From positions 398,665-462,664 of the forward strand of contig OZ253947.1 in the NCBI GenBank assembly GCA_965267345.1: a stretch of DNA of 64,000 nucleotides, read 5' to 3'. Below, in pieces: positions 48,794-57,980 of this stretch. This DNA comes from Minisyncoccota bacterium. GTDB taxonomy: Bacteria > Patescibacteriota > Minisyncoccia > Phycocordibacterales > UBA2100. Position 1 is the first letter of the stretch; every line of letters begins with the position of its first letter. Below the pieces are notes generated by a model. It was given only the letters and a program-made list of their open reading frames with translations. It had not been told where the DNA came from and did no database searches. Both the position numbers and the translations under genes were made by a program.

Positions 48794-49615
48794 ATGTACC
48801 GTGCTGCACTGCTCGTCGTTAGCATGCTCGTTCTCCCAACTACGGCACTCGCCGCATTAAATGCAGGTGTGGTCAGCGGCATCTGGTTCTCACAGCAGCC
48901 ACCGAATGCCGAGAGCGCAACGCGTATATTTACCGCCGTCCAAAACCAAAGTCAGGAAACCATCGACGGTTCCGTTGCTTTTTTAGTTGATGACGAAATT
49001 ATTGGCACCGCGGCGTTCGTTGCCGCACCGAATGAGGTGCAGTCGGTCTCAACAACCTACACATTCTCCGCCGGCACCCACCGTGTGAGTGCCTACATTA
49101 CTTCAGTCAATCAGGGCGCCGTTGCCGCTGCTGTTGTTCCTGAAGTACGCGTTGACATACCCGAACCCAGTACCAGTGACCTACCGCCGGACAATAGTGC
49201 TGCTACGCAGCCGACGCAGCGCGCTGACGCACACAATGCAATCGTGGCTGCTCGCGATACAGTGCGCGGTGTGCGTGACACCATTGCCCCACGCATGGAA
49301 TCAACCGCACAACGCGTTGAAGACTTCCGCGATACCCTACTGACACCAACGACCGCTACGAGCACCGCACCTACTGATGATACGACTACCTCGGACGAAC
49401 CCGTAAGTGCACAGCCGTTGCGGGCGCATTCGCCGCGCGAATTGGTAAATGCCTCACGCGACATTATTGCCACCGAAAATGTAGCATGGTGGCGAAAAGT
49501 ACTTGGCATCATGCTCTCTGCAGGTGCACTGCTTATTCGCTACTGGATGTGGCTCCTTATCCTCATCGTTGCCTTCGTCTTTTGGCGCATCATTCGGAAC
49601 AATAGGATTTCCTAG
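48794..49615 (+). CDS. Secreted Ig-like domain protein with C-terminal TM anchor
   Basis: Signal peptide, NAGVVSGIWFS, beta-rich domain, Thr/Pro linker, C-terminal TM and basic tail. Confidence 0.65.
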   Translation: MYRAALLVVSMLVLPTTALAALNAGVVSGIWFSQQPPNAESATRIFTAVQNQSQETIDGSVAFLVDDEIIGTAAFVAAPNEVQSVSTTYTFSAGTHRVSAYITSVNQGAVAAAVVPEVRVDIPEPSTSDLPPDNSAATQPTQRADAHNAIVAARDTVRGVRDTIAPRMESTAQRVEDFRDTLLTPTTATSTAPTDDTTTSDEPVSAQPLRAHSPRELVNASRDIIATENVAWWRKVLGIMLSAGALLIRYWMWLLILIVAFVFWRIIRNNRIS

Positions 49616-49904
49616 ACACCCTCGTGTGAATCATCACTGCAACTACACGGCTTTAGGGATTTGCTGAACTGATCACAGTCCTGTCGCTGACACACGGCAC
49701 TCTGCCCGGCAACTCCACTACACGAGCCAGTGCAGACGTAGTGCGACGCTTATGCTGCGTCAATATGTCCGTGTGCTTCTTCATTCATATAAAAACCATA
49801 GCGCGTATACGCTGATATTCAACATCACCATCCCCACCTTGCTACTGAGCTCAGTAGATACGTATTTCACCACCACACAGCAGTTTGCTATAGTGCATCT
49901 CCAC

Positions 49905-49989
49905 GGAGGAGTGGCCGAGTGGTTTAAGGCGCACGCCTGGAACGCGTGTTGGGGGCAACCCCTCGGAGGTTCGAATCCTCTCTCCTCCG
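49905..49989 (+). tRNA. tRNA-Ser(GGA)
   Basis: GGAGGAG...CTCCTCC G; loop CTGGAAC; long variable arm. Confidence 0.95.
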
Positions 49990-50193
49990 CATATGCAAAT
50001 AGGATGGCTTTTTAGGCCACCTATTTTGGATACTCATGCAGAAGGAAGCGGAGCTTCCGAAGGGATTCGAAAAGAGCGAGTATATCGGAGTGTAGCGACG
50101 ATTCGAGCGGCGGGGTCGCGTCGCTTAGTATTTTAAGGAACGACAGTGATGTAAAATACTTAGCAGAGGTGACCGAGTCCCTCCCTCTCCGCA
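49990..50193 (+). repeat. tRNA-Ser-linked structured element ending in a degenerate tRNA-Ser-like 3' end
   Basis: Core similar to Gly element; ends CGAGTCCCTCCCTCTCCGCA versus tRNA end CGAATCCTCTCTCCTCCGCA. Confidence 0.7.
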
Positions 50194-50225
50194 AAGTAGA
50201 CACACGAGTCTGCTACAATACATTC

Positions 50226-50654
50226 GTGGCACACACTCGAAACAAAACACAGGCAACACAAACATCGGTACGCGACTATATTGCGTCGCTCCCCGATGAT
50301 GCACGTCGTGATGCAAAGACTCTTCTGAAGATTTTCAAAGATGCAACAGGTGCACAGCCTGTGGTGTGGGGCGCTATGGTCGGTTTTGGCAACTATCACT
50401 ACGTATACGACTCAGGACGTGAGGGCGACTTTTTCGCGACGGGCTTTGCCCTCCGCAAAAGCGGCCCCGTCGTCTACATCATGCCCGGATATACCGACTA
50501 CGCATCACTGCTTACAAAGCTCGGCCCGCATACGCTCGGAAAGTCGTGCCTCTACATCAAGCGTTTGGAAGCCATAGATGCTGACGTCCTTACAAAACTG
50601 ATCAAAACAGGCATACGCGACCTTGCAAAAAAGTATCCCGTAACGATGAAATAG
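50226..50654 (+). CDS. DUF1801 (YdhG-like) protein
   Basis: WG..MVGFG.YHY.Y.SGREG, LG.H..GKSCLYIK. Confidence 0.88.
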   Translation: MAHTRNKTQATQTSVRDYIASLPDDARRDAKTLLKIFKDATGAQPVVWGAMVGFGNYHYVYDSGREGDFFATGFALRKSGPVVYIMPGYTDYASLLTKLGPHTLGKSCLYIKRLEAIDADVLTKLIKTGIRDLAKKYPVTMK

Positions 50655-50655
50655 T

Positions 50656-51135
50656 ATGGCGCGCTTTCCAAAAAAAGTGTCGTGGGACGATATCGCGCAA
50701 CGCGACCTGTGGGGGCGACGCATCATTCTCGACGTTGACGGTGTCCTCATGGCCGACGGCGAAACGACGATGCCTGCGTACGTACAACGTATCCTTGCAC
50801 CGATCATTGCCCACAATGAAGTAGTCATTGTGTCGAACTCTCCGAAGCGTTCACGCTGTCGCTACGTCAGTGAGACACTCGGCATACCGTGGATTAATAC
50901 CCACTACCGCAAGCCATTTCCCAGTATTTTGAAAAAAGTGCATTTTGAAACCGACGCGCCACTTGTAGTGATCGGCGACAAAGTACTCACCGACGGGCTC
51001 TTCGCGCACTTCATTAACGCCGAGTTCCTGATGCTCGAGCGTCGTACATCAGTGAGCGACAGCTTCCTGATGCGTCTCAACTACGCTATAGAAGATGCGC
51101 TCTACGCCTGTGGGCGCTGGCTCGTGCGCGACTAG
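50656..51135 (+). CDS. YqeG-like HAD IIIA phosphatase
   Basis: LDVDGVL, VSN, RKP, IGDKVLTD. Confidence 0.85.
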   Translation: MARFPKKVSWDDIAQRDLWGRRIILDVDGVLMADGETTMPAYVQRILAPIIAHNEVVIVSNSPKRSRCRYVSETLGIPWINTHYRKPFPSILKKVHFETDAPLVVIGDKVLTDGLFAHFINAEFLMLERRTSVSDSFLMRLNYAIEDALYACGRWLVRD

Positions 51136-52031
51136 ACGCGTGCACGCAGACCCATCAACGCCTCAATGCGCTTTTCAACGGGCGGGTGTGTTGAGAAAAG
51201 ATTCTGCATCGTTTTACCCTTCTTTCCGCTTGGGCCAAATGGATTACTGATGAACAAGTGTGCGGTTGCGCTTGAGGCACGCTTCATTGGTGCCTCATAG
51301 CTACTAATTTTCTGCAGCGCCGAGGCAAGACCGTCGGGGTAGCGCGTCAGCAATGCACCGGAAGCGTCAGCCAAGTACTCACGTTTGCGCGACACCGCAA
51401 GTTGCATCAGCTGGGCCATAATCGGGCCGAGTATCAGCAGCGCAACACCGGCGATGAGCAGTATTGGGTTGTTATTCTCGCGATTGCTGCCACCAAAGAG
51501 TGTCATGTGCCAGATCATGTCGACAATAACTGCAATGAAGCCCACTAGCACCACAGCCACTGACATAACGAGAATATCGCGATTGCCAATGTGTGAAAGT
51601 TCGTGTGCCAACACACCTTCAAGCTCAACTTTCGAGAGCATGGCGAGCAATCCTGTCGTCACCGCCACAGCAGCGTGCTCAGGGTTACGCCCCGTTGCAA
51701 AGGCATTCGGCGCCGGATCGTCGATGACGTACACGCGCGGCTTTGGCAATCCGGCGGTAATGGCAAGATTCTCTACCGTGTTATGTAGATCACGATACTG
51801 ATCTTCAGGCGCTTCTTTTGCGCCAGCAGCAGAAATGGCAATTTTGTCGGAAAACCAGAACGAGCTCACGTTCATGATGAGCGCGAAGAGAACGGCAATG
51901 ATGAGAATAAACGGATGACCGAAGTACTCGGAGGCAAACCAGCCAATACCGATGACCAACCCAATAAACACGACCATGAGCAGCCACGTTTTGCGAATGT
52001 TTGCACTTTGATGTGTGTAGAGTGATGCCAT
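51132..52031 (-). CDS. htpX: M48 zinc metalloprotease HtpX
   Basis: PNAFATG, HELSH, SRKREYLAD, STHP. Confidence 0.95.
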   Translation of the reverse strand: MASLYTHQSANIRKTWLLMVVFIGLVIGIGWFASEYFGHPFILIIAVLFALIMNVSSFWFSDKIAISAAGAKEAPEDQYRDLHNTVENLAITAGLPKPRVYVIDDPAPNAFATGRNPEHAAVAVTTGLLAMLSKVELEGVLAHELSHIGNRDILVMSVAVVLVGFIAVIVDMIWHMTLFGGSNRENNNPILLIAGVALLILGPIMAQLMQLAVSRKREYLADASGALLTRYPDGLASALQKISSYEAPMKRASSATAHLFISNPFGPSGKKGKTMQNLFSTHPPVEKRIEALMGLRARV

Positions 52032-52041
52032 CTGATACTTT

Positions 52042-52377
52042 TTATTTCACTGACTCAAGAAATATGCGGCCGGCGAAGCCCCCGCGTTCGGCGACGCGCT
52101 CGGCGCGCACGCGCTCAATATCGTCCGCAGTGATGTCAAACTCGGCAAGTACCGCATTGAATACCTCTTGCAGGTCTGCAAGTTCGGCACGAAATTGCTC
52201 AGACGAAGGGTCATACCCTGCCTGACGCGCTTCCTCGGCCTCTTCAATTAGTTTATAGAGTAGTTCGCGCCGATACTCGTCGCTATCCATAACACGCGTG
52301 GTAGGAAGTTCCCCATTCTCACGAATAATGTCAGGAATGCCGTCGCGCACTAACTTACCGTACCGCTTGCCAACCAT
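52042..52377 (-). CDS. MazG-like / PRA-PH nucleotide pyrophosphohydrolase
   Basis: KLVRD.IP, KLIEEAEE, ELADLQEV, RGGF. Confidence 0.85.
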   Translation of the reverse strand: MVGKRYGKLVRDGIPDIIRENGELPTTRVMDSDEYRRELLYKLIEEAEEARQAGYDPSSEQFRAELADLQEVFNAVLAEFDITADDIERVRAERVAERGGFAGRIFLESVK

Positions 52378-52380
52378 AAG

Positions 52381-52941
52381 CTAGAAGCTGACCGGTACCG
52401 GTTCGCGTGCCGCCTCTTCGCCCTCGTCGAGTTCGAAGAAGTCTCGCTGTGAGAAGCTAAAGAGTTTCGCAATGATGTTCTGTGGGAAGGACTCGATTGC
52501 CGTATTTAGGTCGCGTACGTTCGTGTTGTAAAAGCGACGTGCCGCCTGAATCTTATTTTCAGTGTCGGTCAGTTCGCGCTGCAGCTCCAAAAAGTTCTCA
52601 TTGGCCTTCAAATCAGGATAGTTTTCTGATACCGCAAACAGCGACTTAAGTGCGCCACTGAGCATGTTCTCGGCTTCCTGTTTCTCCTGCACGCCCTCTG
52701 CGTTCATCGCGCGCGTACGCATTTCAGTTACTTGGCTCAGTGTCTCCTTCTCGTGCGTTGCGTACCCTTTTACGGTCTCAATTAAATTCGGAATGAGGTC
52801 GTAGCGACGCTTCAGCTGCACGTCAATATCCGCCCATGCTTCCTGCGTGCGGTTGATGAGGCGAATAAAAGCGTTATACGCAATAATCACCCATAGTGCG
52901 AGGATGACGAAAATGGCTCCAATTACGTAAAGAATGGTCAT
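52381..52941 (-). CDS. lemA: LemA family protein
   Basis: IDVQLKRRYDLIPNL, ENYPDLKAN, ARRFYN. Confidence 0.95.
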   Translation of the reverse strand: MTILYVIGAIFVILALWVIIAYNAFIRLINRTQEAWADIDVQLKRRYDLIPNLIETVKGYATHEKETLSQVTEMRTRAMNAEGVQEKQEAENMLSGALKSLFAVSENYPDLKANENFLELQRELTDTENKIQAARRFYNTNVRDLNTAIESFPQNIIAKLFSFSQRDFFELDEGEEAAREPVPVSF

Positions 52942-52989
52942 GATACGTTTCTATTCTGGTAACGCCGTTAGTATAGCATGAAACACTCT

Positions 52990-53961
52990 CTAGCGCGCTA
53001 CAACAGCATTTGGTGGCTGCTCACCATTGGCAAACGTAATAATATTTTCGGCAGCGATGCGGCTCATCGCGCCACGTGTTTCCTCGGTCGCCGAGGCAAT
53101 GTGCGGTGTCAGCACCACGTTTTCCAGCTCAGATAAACCATCAGCAAGCTGGGGTTCATTTTCAAACACATCCAGTGCTGCACCTTTAATGGTGTTAGTT
53201 CTCAGTGCATCAACCAGTGCTGCTTCGTCAATAACCGGTCCACGCGATGAGTTCACCAGATACGCTGTCGGTTTCATAAGCGCAAGCCGCTCTGCGTTGA
53301 GCAGATGGCGCGTAGAATCAAGCAGTGGCACGTGGACCGTAACAACGTCAGCCTCTTTCAGGAGCTCTTCCGGCGTTGCCTTAAACTGTGCAGCGACACT
53401 CGATTCAATCTCCGCGTTTTGTTCGATGTCGTAGTACATAATGCGCATACCTAAGCCTTTGTGGGCAATCTCGGCAACCCGAGATCCGATACGTCCCGCC
53501 CCAAGAATGCCGAGTGTCTTCCCCTTCATGTCGGTCCCAAGCAGTAACATTGGTGCCCAGCCATCGTACTTCCCTGCGCGCGTAAAGCGGTCAGCTTCGG
53601 CAATGCGATTCATTGCCGCCATCATGAGTGACACCGTGTGTTCAGCGACCGTTTCTGTGAGAACGCCGGGGGTATTGGTGATGGTGACTCCCCGCTCTTT
53701 CGCAGCATCAAGATCAATATTGTTATAGCCGACGGCGTAATTCGCAAAGATTTTTGCATTCGGTGCTGCATCAAAAACTGCTGCGTCGATCGTGTCGGTC
53801 AGCAGACACAACACGGCCTCGGGGTCATGTTCCGTGAGAGCCGCAATGAGCTCGTCATGTGTAAGCACGCCGTCTTTGTCACTCACGGTGACACTGTGCC
53901 CTGCCTCCTGCAGGAGCTTTAATCCCTCATCAGGTATGCGTCGAGTTACGAAGATTCTCAT
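52990..53961 (-). CDS. D-2-hydroxyacid dehydrogenase (glyoxylate reductase / D-glycerate dehydrogenase)
   Basis: GAGRIG, NSSRG, LDVFENEP, TPHIAS. Confidence 0.92.
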   Translation of the reverse strand: MRIFVTRRIPDEGLKLLQEAGHSVTVSDKDGVLTHDELIAALTEHDPEAVLCLLTDTIDAAVFDAAPNAKIFANYAVGYNNIDLDAAKERGVTITNTPGVLTETVAEHTVSLMMAAMNRIAEADRFTRAGKYDGWAPMLLLGTDMKGKTLGILGAGRIGSRVAEIAHKGLGMRIMYYDIEQNAEIESSVAAQFKATPEELLKEADVVTVHVPLLDSTRHLLNAERLALMKPTAYLVNSSRGPVIDEAALVDALRTNTIKGAALDVFENEPQLADGLSELENVVLTPHIASATEETRGAMSRIAAENIITFANGEQPPNAVVAR

Positions 53962-54019
53962 GATGCGTCAAGTACTAATTTCTAAATTTTAAATGCTAAA
54001 CAAATTCTACATTCAAATG

Positions 54020-54136
54020 TCATAATCGAGAAACAATGCTTCCAAATATCTTCATTAATTCTGTACTTTCATTCAGCAACCGTTCCTTTGTTTGAGATGA
54101 GTCTTCAAGATCGTACTGTGTGCGCCTTTCCGTCAT
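54020..54136 (-). pseudogene. Internally deleted four-helix-bundle gene flanked by inverted heptamer arms
   Basis: MTERRTQYDLED joined in frame to SSQTKERLLNESTELMKIFGSIVSRL, resembling the N- and C-terminal ends of four-helix-bundle proteins; AT-rich; GGGAG upstream. Confidence 0.6.
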
Positions 54137-54155
54137 TTCTCCCTTTGTTCATTGT

Positions 54156-55040
54156 TTAGGATTTTTCTTTTGGTATTTCGTAATTCATAAATAATGTCAG
54201 CCGCTCTTGCACCACTTCAGTGACAGCATCGCGCCCTTTGTCCAAGTAGCGGTACGGTGCAATCTCCTCCGAGTTTTCAGCGAGTGCCGTTTCGATACCC
54301 TTGCGATACGCCACACGAATTTCAGTATTGATGTGCACCATGTTCATGCCGGCAGCAATCGCTTTCACAAAGTCCTCGTCGGTAATTCCCGAGCCACCGT
54401 GCAGTACAAAGTCAGTGTCCGGCAGTGCGGCACGCAGCGCAGCTATGAGTTCAATGTTAAGCGCCGGATTTGAGCGCCCCTTGAGCATGCCGTGAAGATT
54501 GCCAACCGCCGGTGCCAGCGCACTCACTCCCGTCCGCTCCACGTACGCCATAGCATCGTCTGCCGTCGGCAGTGCTGCGGCGACCACATCATCGGGCACA
54601 TCATCCAATACTTTTGATGACGTTCCGATGTAGCCGAGCTCTCCTTCCACTATCACGTCACGTCCTGAGTCATTGGCATAGTCCACCACTTCACGTGTCT
54701 TTTCGATGTTTTCTTCAAGCGGCAGTTTCGTACCGTCGAAAATAACGGAATCGAACCCTGCATCAATTGCCCGCTTGCAGCCGTCAATGTCGTGTGTGTG
54801 ATCAGCATTCAGAAAGATTGGAATCTGAAACTCTTCGCGAGCCGCCGCAACCATGGCCACAGCCTTTTTAAGCCCAACAAACTCACGCTCACCTTCTGAA
54901 ACGCCGATAACCACAGCGACATCGAGTTCTCGCGCTGCAGCAGCAATCGCATTAAGTTGTGTTGAATCTGAGATATTAAAGTGTCCGAGCGCTACGCGCC
55001 GTGCGCGCGCATCTTCAAGTGTTTCGCGTAATGTATGCAT
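54156..55040 (-). CDS. fba: Class II fructose-bisphosphate aldolase
   Basis: NADH, EGELGYIG, GNLHG, VLHGGSG, HINTE. Confidence 0.93.
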   Translation of the reverse strand: MHTLRETLEDARARRVALGHFNISDSTQLNAIAAAARELDVAVVIGVSEGEREFVGLKKAVAMVAAAREEFQIPIFLNADHTHDIDGCKRAIDAGFDSVIFDGTKLPLEENIEKTREVVDYANDSGRDVIVEGELGYIGTSSKVLDDVPDDVVAAALPTADDAMAYVERTGVSALAPAVGNLHGMLKGRSNPALNIELIAALRAALPDTDFVLHGGSGITDEDFVKAIAAGMNMVHINTEIRVAYRKGIETALAENSEEIAPYRYLDKGRDAVTEVVQERLTLFMNYEIPKEKS

Positions 55041-55060
55041 ACCCTCAGTATAGCGAAGAG

Positions 55061-55133
55061 GTAGTTGGTAGTGAGCAGTTGGTAGTGGATAGTCTCGCTA
55101 TCCACTGCTCATCGCTCACTGCTCATCGCTCAC
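55061..55133. repeat. Gene-free inverted heptamer-array hairpin
   Basis: GTAGTTG GTAGTGA GCAGTTG GTAGTGG ATAG-TCTCG-CTAT CCACTGC TCATCGC TCACTGC TCATCGC TCAC. Confidence 0.8.
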
Positions 55134-55152
55134 CTAGCTATACTGACAGTAT

Positions 55153-56145
55153 ATGACCAATCAATTGACATTCGTCGCTCTCGGCGACATCACCACTGAT
55201 GCATTTATCAAACTCCGTGAAGGCGTTCGCGTTGAAAAAGAACCAACCGGTAAAGAACTCTGCATGCGCTTCGGCGACAAACTCGAATACGACGATGTTA
55301 CTGTCGTGCCGGCCGTCGGCAATGCCGGCAATGCTGCTGTCTCAGCGTACCGCCTCGGCCTTGCCGCAGCGCTTGTGACCGACATTGGCGACGACCAGTT
55401 TGGCAAAGACAAACTCCAAGCACTCACCGATGAAGGCGTCGATACCACGTACGTCGAGGTCCACGAAGGCATGCAGAGCAACTATCACTACGTGCTTCGC
55501 TTTGGTCCTGAGCGCACCATCCTCATTAAGCACCACGAGTATCCGTATGCAATTCCCGCATTTCCGACCCCTCCAAAGTGGATCTACTTCTCAAGTGTCG
55601 GCGAACACGGCCTCCAGTACCATCACGATTTGGCAGCGTATGTGAAAGAAAACGATGTGAAGCTCGCCTTCCAACCGGGTAGTTTTCAAATCTCACTCGG
55701 CGCTGAGGCAATTGCCGATGTGTACAAGGCCACTGAGCTCTTTTTCTGCAATAAAGAAGAGGCGCAGCGTATTCTCAAAAGTGACAGTGCCGACATCACC
55801 GAGCTCCTTGCGGGCGTTCGTGAGCTTGGTCCAACCATTGCAGTTATCACCGACGGGCCCGACGGTGCGTATGCGTCTGACGGTACGGGTGTCTGGAAAA
55901 TGCCAATGTACCCTGACCCTGCACCGCCTGTCGACCGCACGGGTGCGGGCGATTCATTCTCAAGTACCGTCACCGCAATGCTCGCTGAAGGTATGGATCT
56001 GCCTGAAGCACTCCGTCGTGGACCAATTAACTCTATGTCCGTCGTACAGCACATTGGCGCCCAAAAAGGACTGCTCACCCGCGAGCAACTCGAAGACTAC
56101 CTTGCCGAAGCACCTGCTGACTACACACTCGAGCAATTGGCGTAA
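55153..56145 (+). CDS. PfkB-family carbohydrate kinase
   Basis: GNAGNAAV, NKEE, DRTGAGDSF. Confidence 0.92.
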   Translation: MTNQLTFVALGDITTDAFIKLREGVRVEKEPTGKELCMRFGDKLEYDDVTVVPAVGNAGNAAVSAYRLGLAAALVTDIGDDQFGKDKLQALTDEGVDTTYVEVHEGMQSNYHYVLRFGPERTILIKHHEYPYAIPAFPTPPKWIYFSSVGEHGLQYHHDLAAYVKENDVKLAFQPGSFQISLGAEAIADVYKATELFFCNKEEAQRILKSDSADITELLAGVRELGPTIAVITDGPDGAYASDGTGVWKMPMYPDPAPPVDRTGAGDSFSSTVTAMLAEGMDLPEALRRGPINSMSVVQHIGAQKGLLTREQLEDYLAEAPADYTLEQLA

Positions 56146-56171
56146 GAGCGCCAAGGGCATACAATGGGTGT

Positions 56172-56630
56172 ATGCGATACGCATCCGGACAACGCGGTTT
56201 TACACTGATTGAACTACTGGTAGTGGTTGCCATTATTGGCATGCTCTCATCTGTTGTCCTTGCGTCACTCAACAGCGCACGCACCAATGCACGTGACGCA
56301 CGGCGCATGCAAGATCTTACGTCACTGACGCGTGCACTTGAACTCTACGCAACCGACAACGTCGGCACATACCCCGCTCACTCTGACGGCACCGTCTCGG
56401 GCGACCTGAGCACCCTCGTATCAAACAACTACATCCCTGCACTGCCAGCTGATCCGCGCTACAGCGGTGGTGCGAATGACTATAAATACTGTCGCGGCTC
56501 AAATAGCGGCACGTATGATCTCGCCGCATACATTGAGGGCGCCAATCAGTGGTGTCGCTTCTCACACGCTGCTGTGCCAGTCACCAGTTGCCTCAGTGAT
56601 ATCTCAAGTTTTTGTGGTGACGTTATCTAG
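56172..56630 (+). CDS. Type IV pilin / GspG-like pseudopilin
   Basis: G|FTLIELLVVVAIIG prepilin site; ARDARR..D; LPADP. Confidence 0.92.
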   Translation: MRYASGQRGFTLIELLVVVAIIGMLSSVVLASLNSARTNARDARRMQDLTSLTRALELYATDNVGTYPAHSDGTVSGDLSTLVSNNYIPALPADPRYSGGANDYKYCRGSNSGTYDLAAYIEGANQWCRFSHAAVPVTSCLSDISSFCGDVI

Positions 56631-57619
56631 GCTTTTCGCTGACGTACCCGCTCGACTGCAGCCACGATGCTCGGCGCATCGAGCTTGTAGTGAGCGATGA
56701 GCTCGTCAGGTGTACCTGATTGACCAAATTCATCTTTCACGCCGACGAACTCCATTGGTACCGGCGCATGTTGTGCCAGTACTTCTGCAACGGTACTGCC
56801 AAGCCCTCCTGCTGCCTGATGCTCCTCAACCGTTACCACGGCACCTGCCTGCTTTGCAACCGTAACTACCTGTTCTTCTTCGAGCGGTTTAATGGTGTGC
56901 ACATTGAGTACGGTTGTCGACACACCTTTGTCCTCAAGTTCGCGTGCGGCGCGAAGCGCATGATGTAAGAGTGGCCCACAGCCAATAATGGCTACCTCAG
57001 GACTCTCACTCTCCCACAGCAATTGGGCTTTGCCGATTTCAAATGGTGATTCGGGTGTTGTGATAACGGGTGTTTTTTCGCGAGCAAGGCGAATGTACAC
57101 AGGCGCATCAATGTCTGCAGCCGCGAGTGTGGCTTTGCGTGCCTCATGCGCATCGCATGGAGCAATGACGACCATGCGCGGAATGACCCGCGTAATGGCG
57201 ATATCTTCAATTGCCTGATGCGTGCCGCCATCAGGGCCCACCGACACACCGGCGTGACTCCCGACAATTTTCACTGCACGATCGTTGTAGCAAATCGTTG
57301 TGCGAATCTGCTCCCAGTTCCGCCCAGGACTAAACATGGCGTATGAGGTAATAAACGGAATCTTCCCTGCAGCAGCCATACCTGATGCCACGACGGCTAA
57401 ATCCTGCTCGGCAACACCCATCTGCACAAAACGCTCAGGATACTTGTCGGCAAAGTCTTTCATGCGAGTTGAACCCGTTAAGTCAGCACATAATCCGACA
57501 ACTGCTGCATTGGCATCGGCTGCTTCGACGAGCCCGTCGCCAAAACCATTGCGCAGCGCCACCTGCTCAACATCATCATCAAATATTTTTGTATTTAGTC
57601 GTGCATTTTTAGCAAGCAT
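56627..57619 (-). CDS. Transketolase C-terminal subunit
   Basis: GVAEQ, GPDGGTHQ, TVEEH, FGQSG. Confidence 0.95.
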   Translation of the reverse strand: MLAKNARLNTKIFDDDVEQVALRNGFGDGLVEAADANAAVVGLCADLTGSTRMKDFADKYPERFVQMGVAEQDLAVVASGMAAAGKIPFITSYAMFSPGRNWEQIRTTICYNDRAVKIVGSHAGVSVGPDGGTHQAIEDIAITRVIPRMVVIAPCDAHEARKATLAAADIDAPVYIRLAREKTPVITTPESPFEIGKAQLLWESESPEVAIIGCGPLLHHALRAARELEDKGVSTTVLNVHTIKPLEEEQVVTVAKQAGAVVTVEEHQAAGGLGSTVAEVLAQHAPVPMEFVGVKDEFGQSGTPDELIAHYKLDAPSIVAAVERVRQRKA

Positions 57620-57638
57620 AGAGGTATGAGCTGTGAGA

Positions 57639-57980
57639 TTAGAGCTTTTTAATGAATACGTATAGCATCTTCTGTACTTCCTCAAGCAAGGATTCAGTTG
57701 TACGGTCAGTAACGTGGTAGATCTCCCTAGCAAGTAGTAATTGTGTTTCAAGCTCCGCTGCCGATCCTGCTGATATTGATAAAAATTGCCGATAGTCCTT
57801 GTCTGTTTTCCGCTGGGAACCTTCTGCGATATTCGAAGGAATTGAAACAGCACAGCGGCGCATTTGAATTGCTAAGCCGAACCGCTCATCAGTTGGGAGT
57901 TCTTTTGACAACAGATATACGTTTTTCGTAAGTGCCATTGCCTTCTCCCATACCGTTAATTTTTTGAAATCGCGTACCAT
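57639..57980 (-). CDS. Four helix bundle protein (23S rRNA IVP / TIGR02436-like, Avd-like fold)
   Basis: FKKLTVWEKA, ERFGL..QMRRCAVSIPSNIAEG, GSAAELETQL; lower GC than its neighbours. Confidence 0.93.
   Translation of the reverse strand: MVRDFKKLTVWEKAMALTKNVYLLSKELPTDERFGLAIQMRRCAVSIPSNIAEGSQRKTDKDYRQFLSISAGSAAELETQLLLAREIYHVTDRTTESLLEEVQKMLYVFIKKL

Noticed and set aside
49616-49900. ncRNA or small ORF upstream of tRNA-Ser(GGA)
   Set aside because: No recognisable RNA family motif, strong structure or convincing coding signal.
55061-55133. CRISPR array
   Set aside because: Units are contiguous 7-mers with no spacers; no cas genes in the window.
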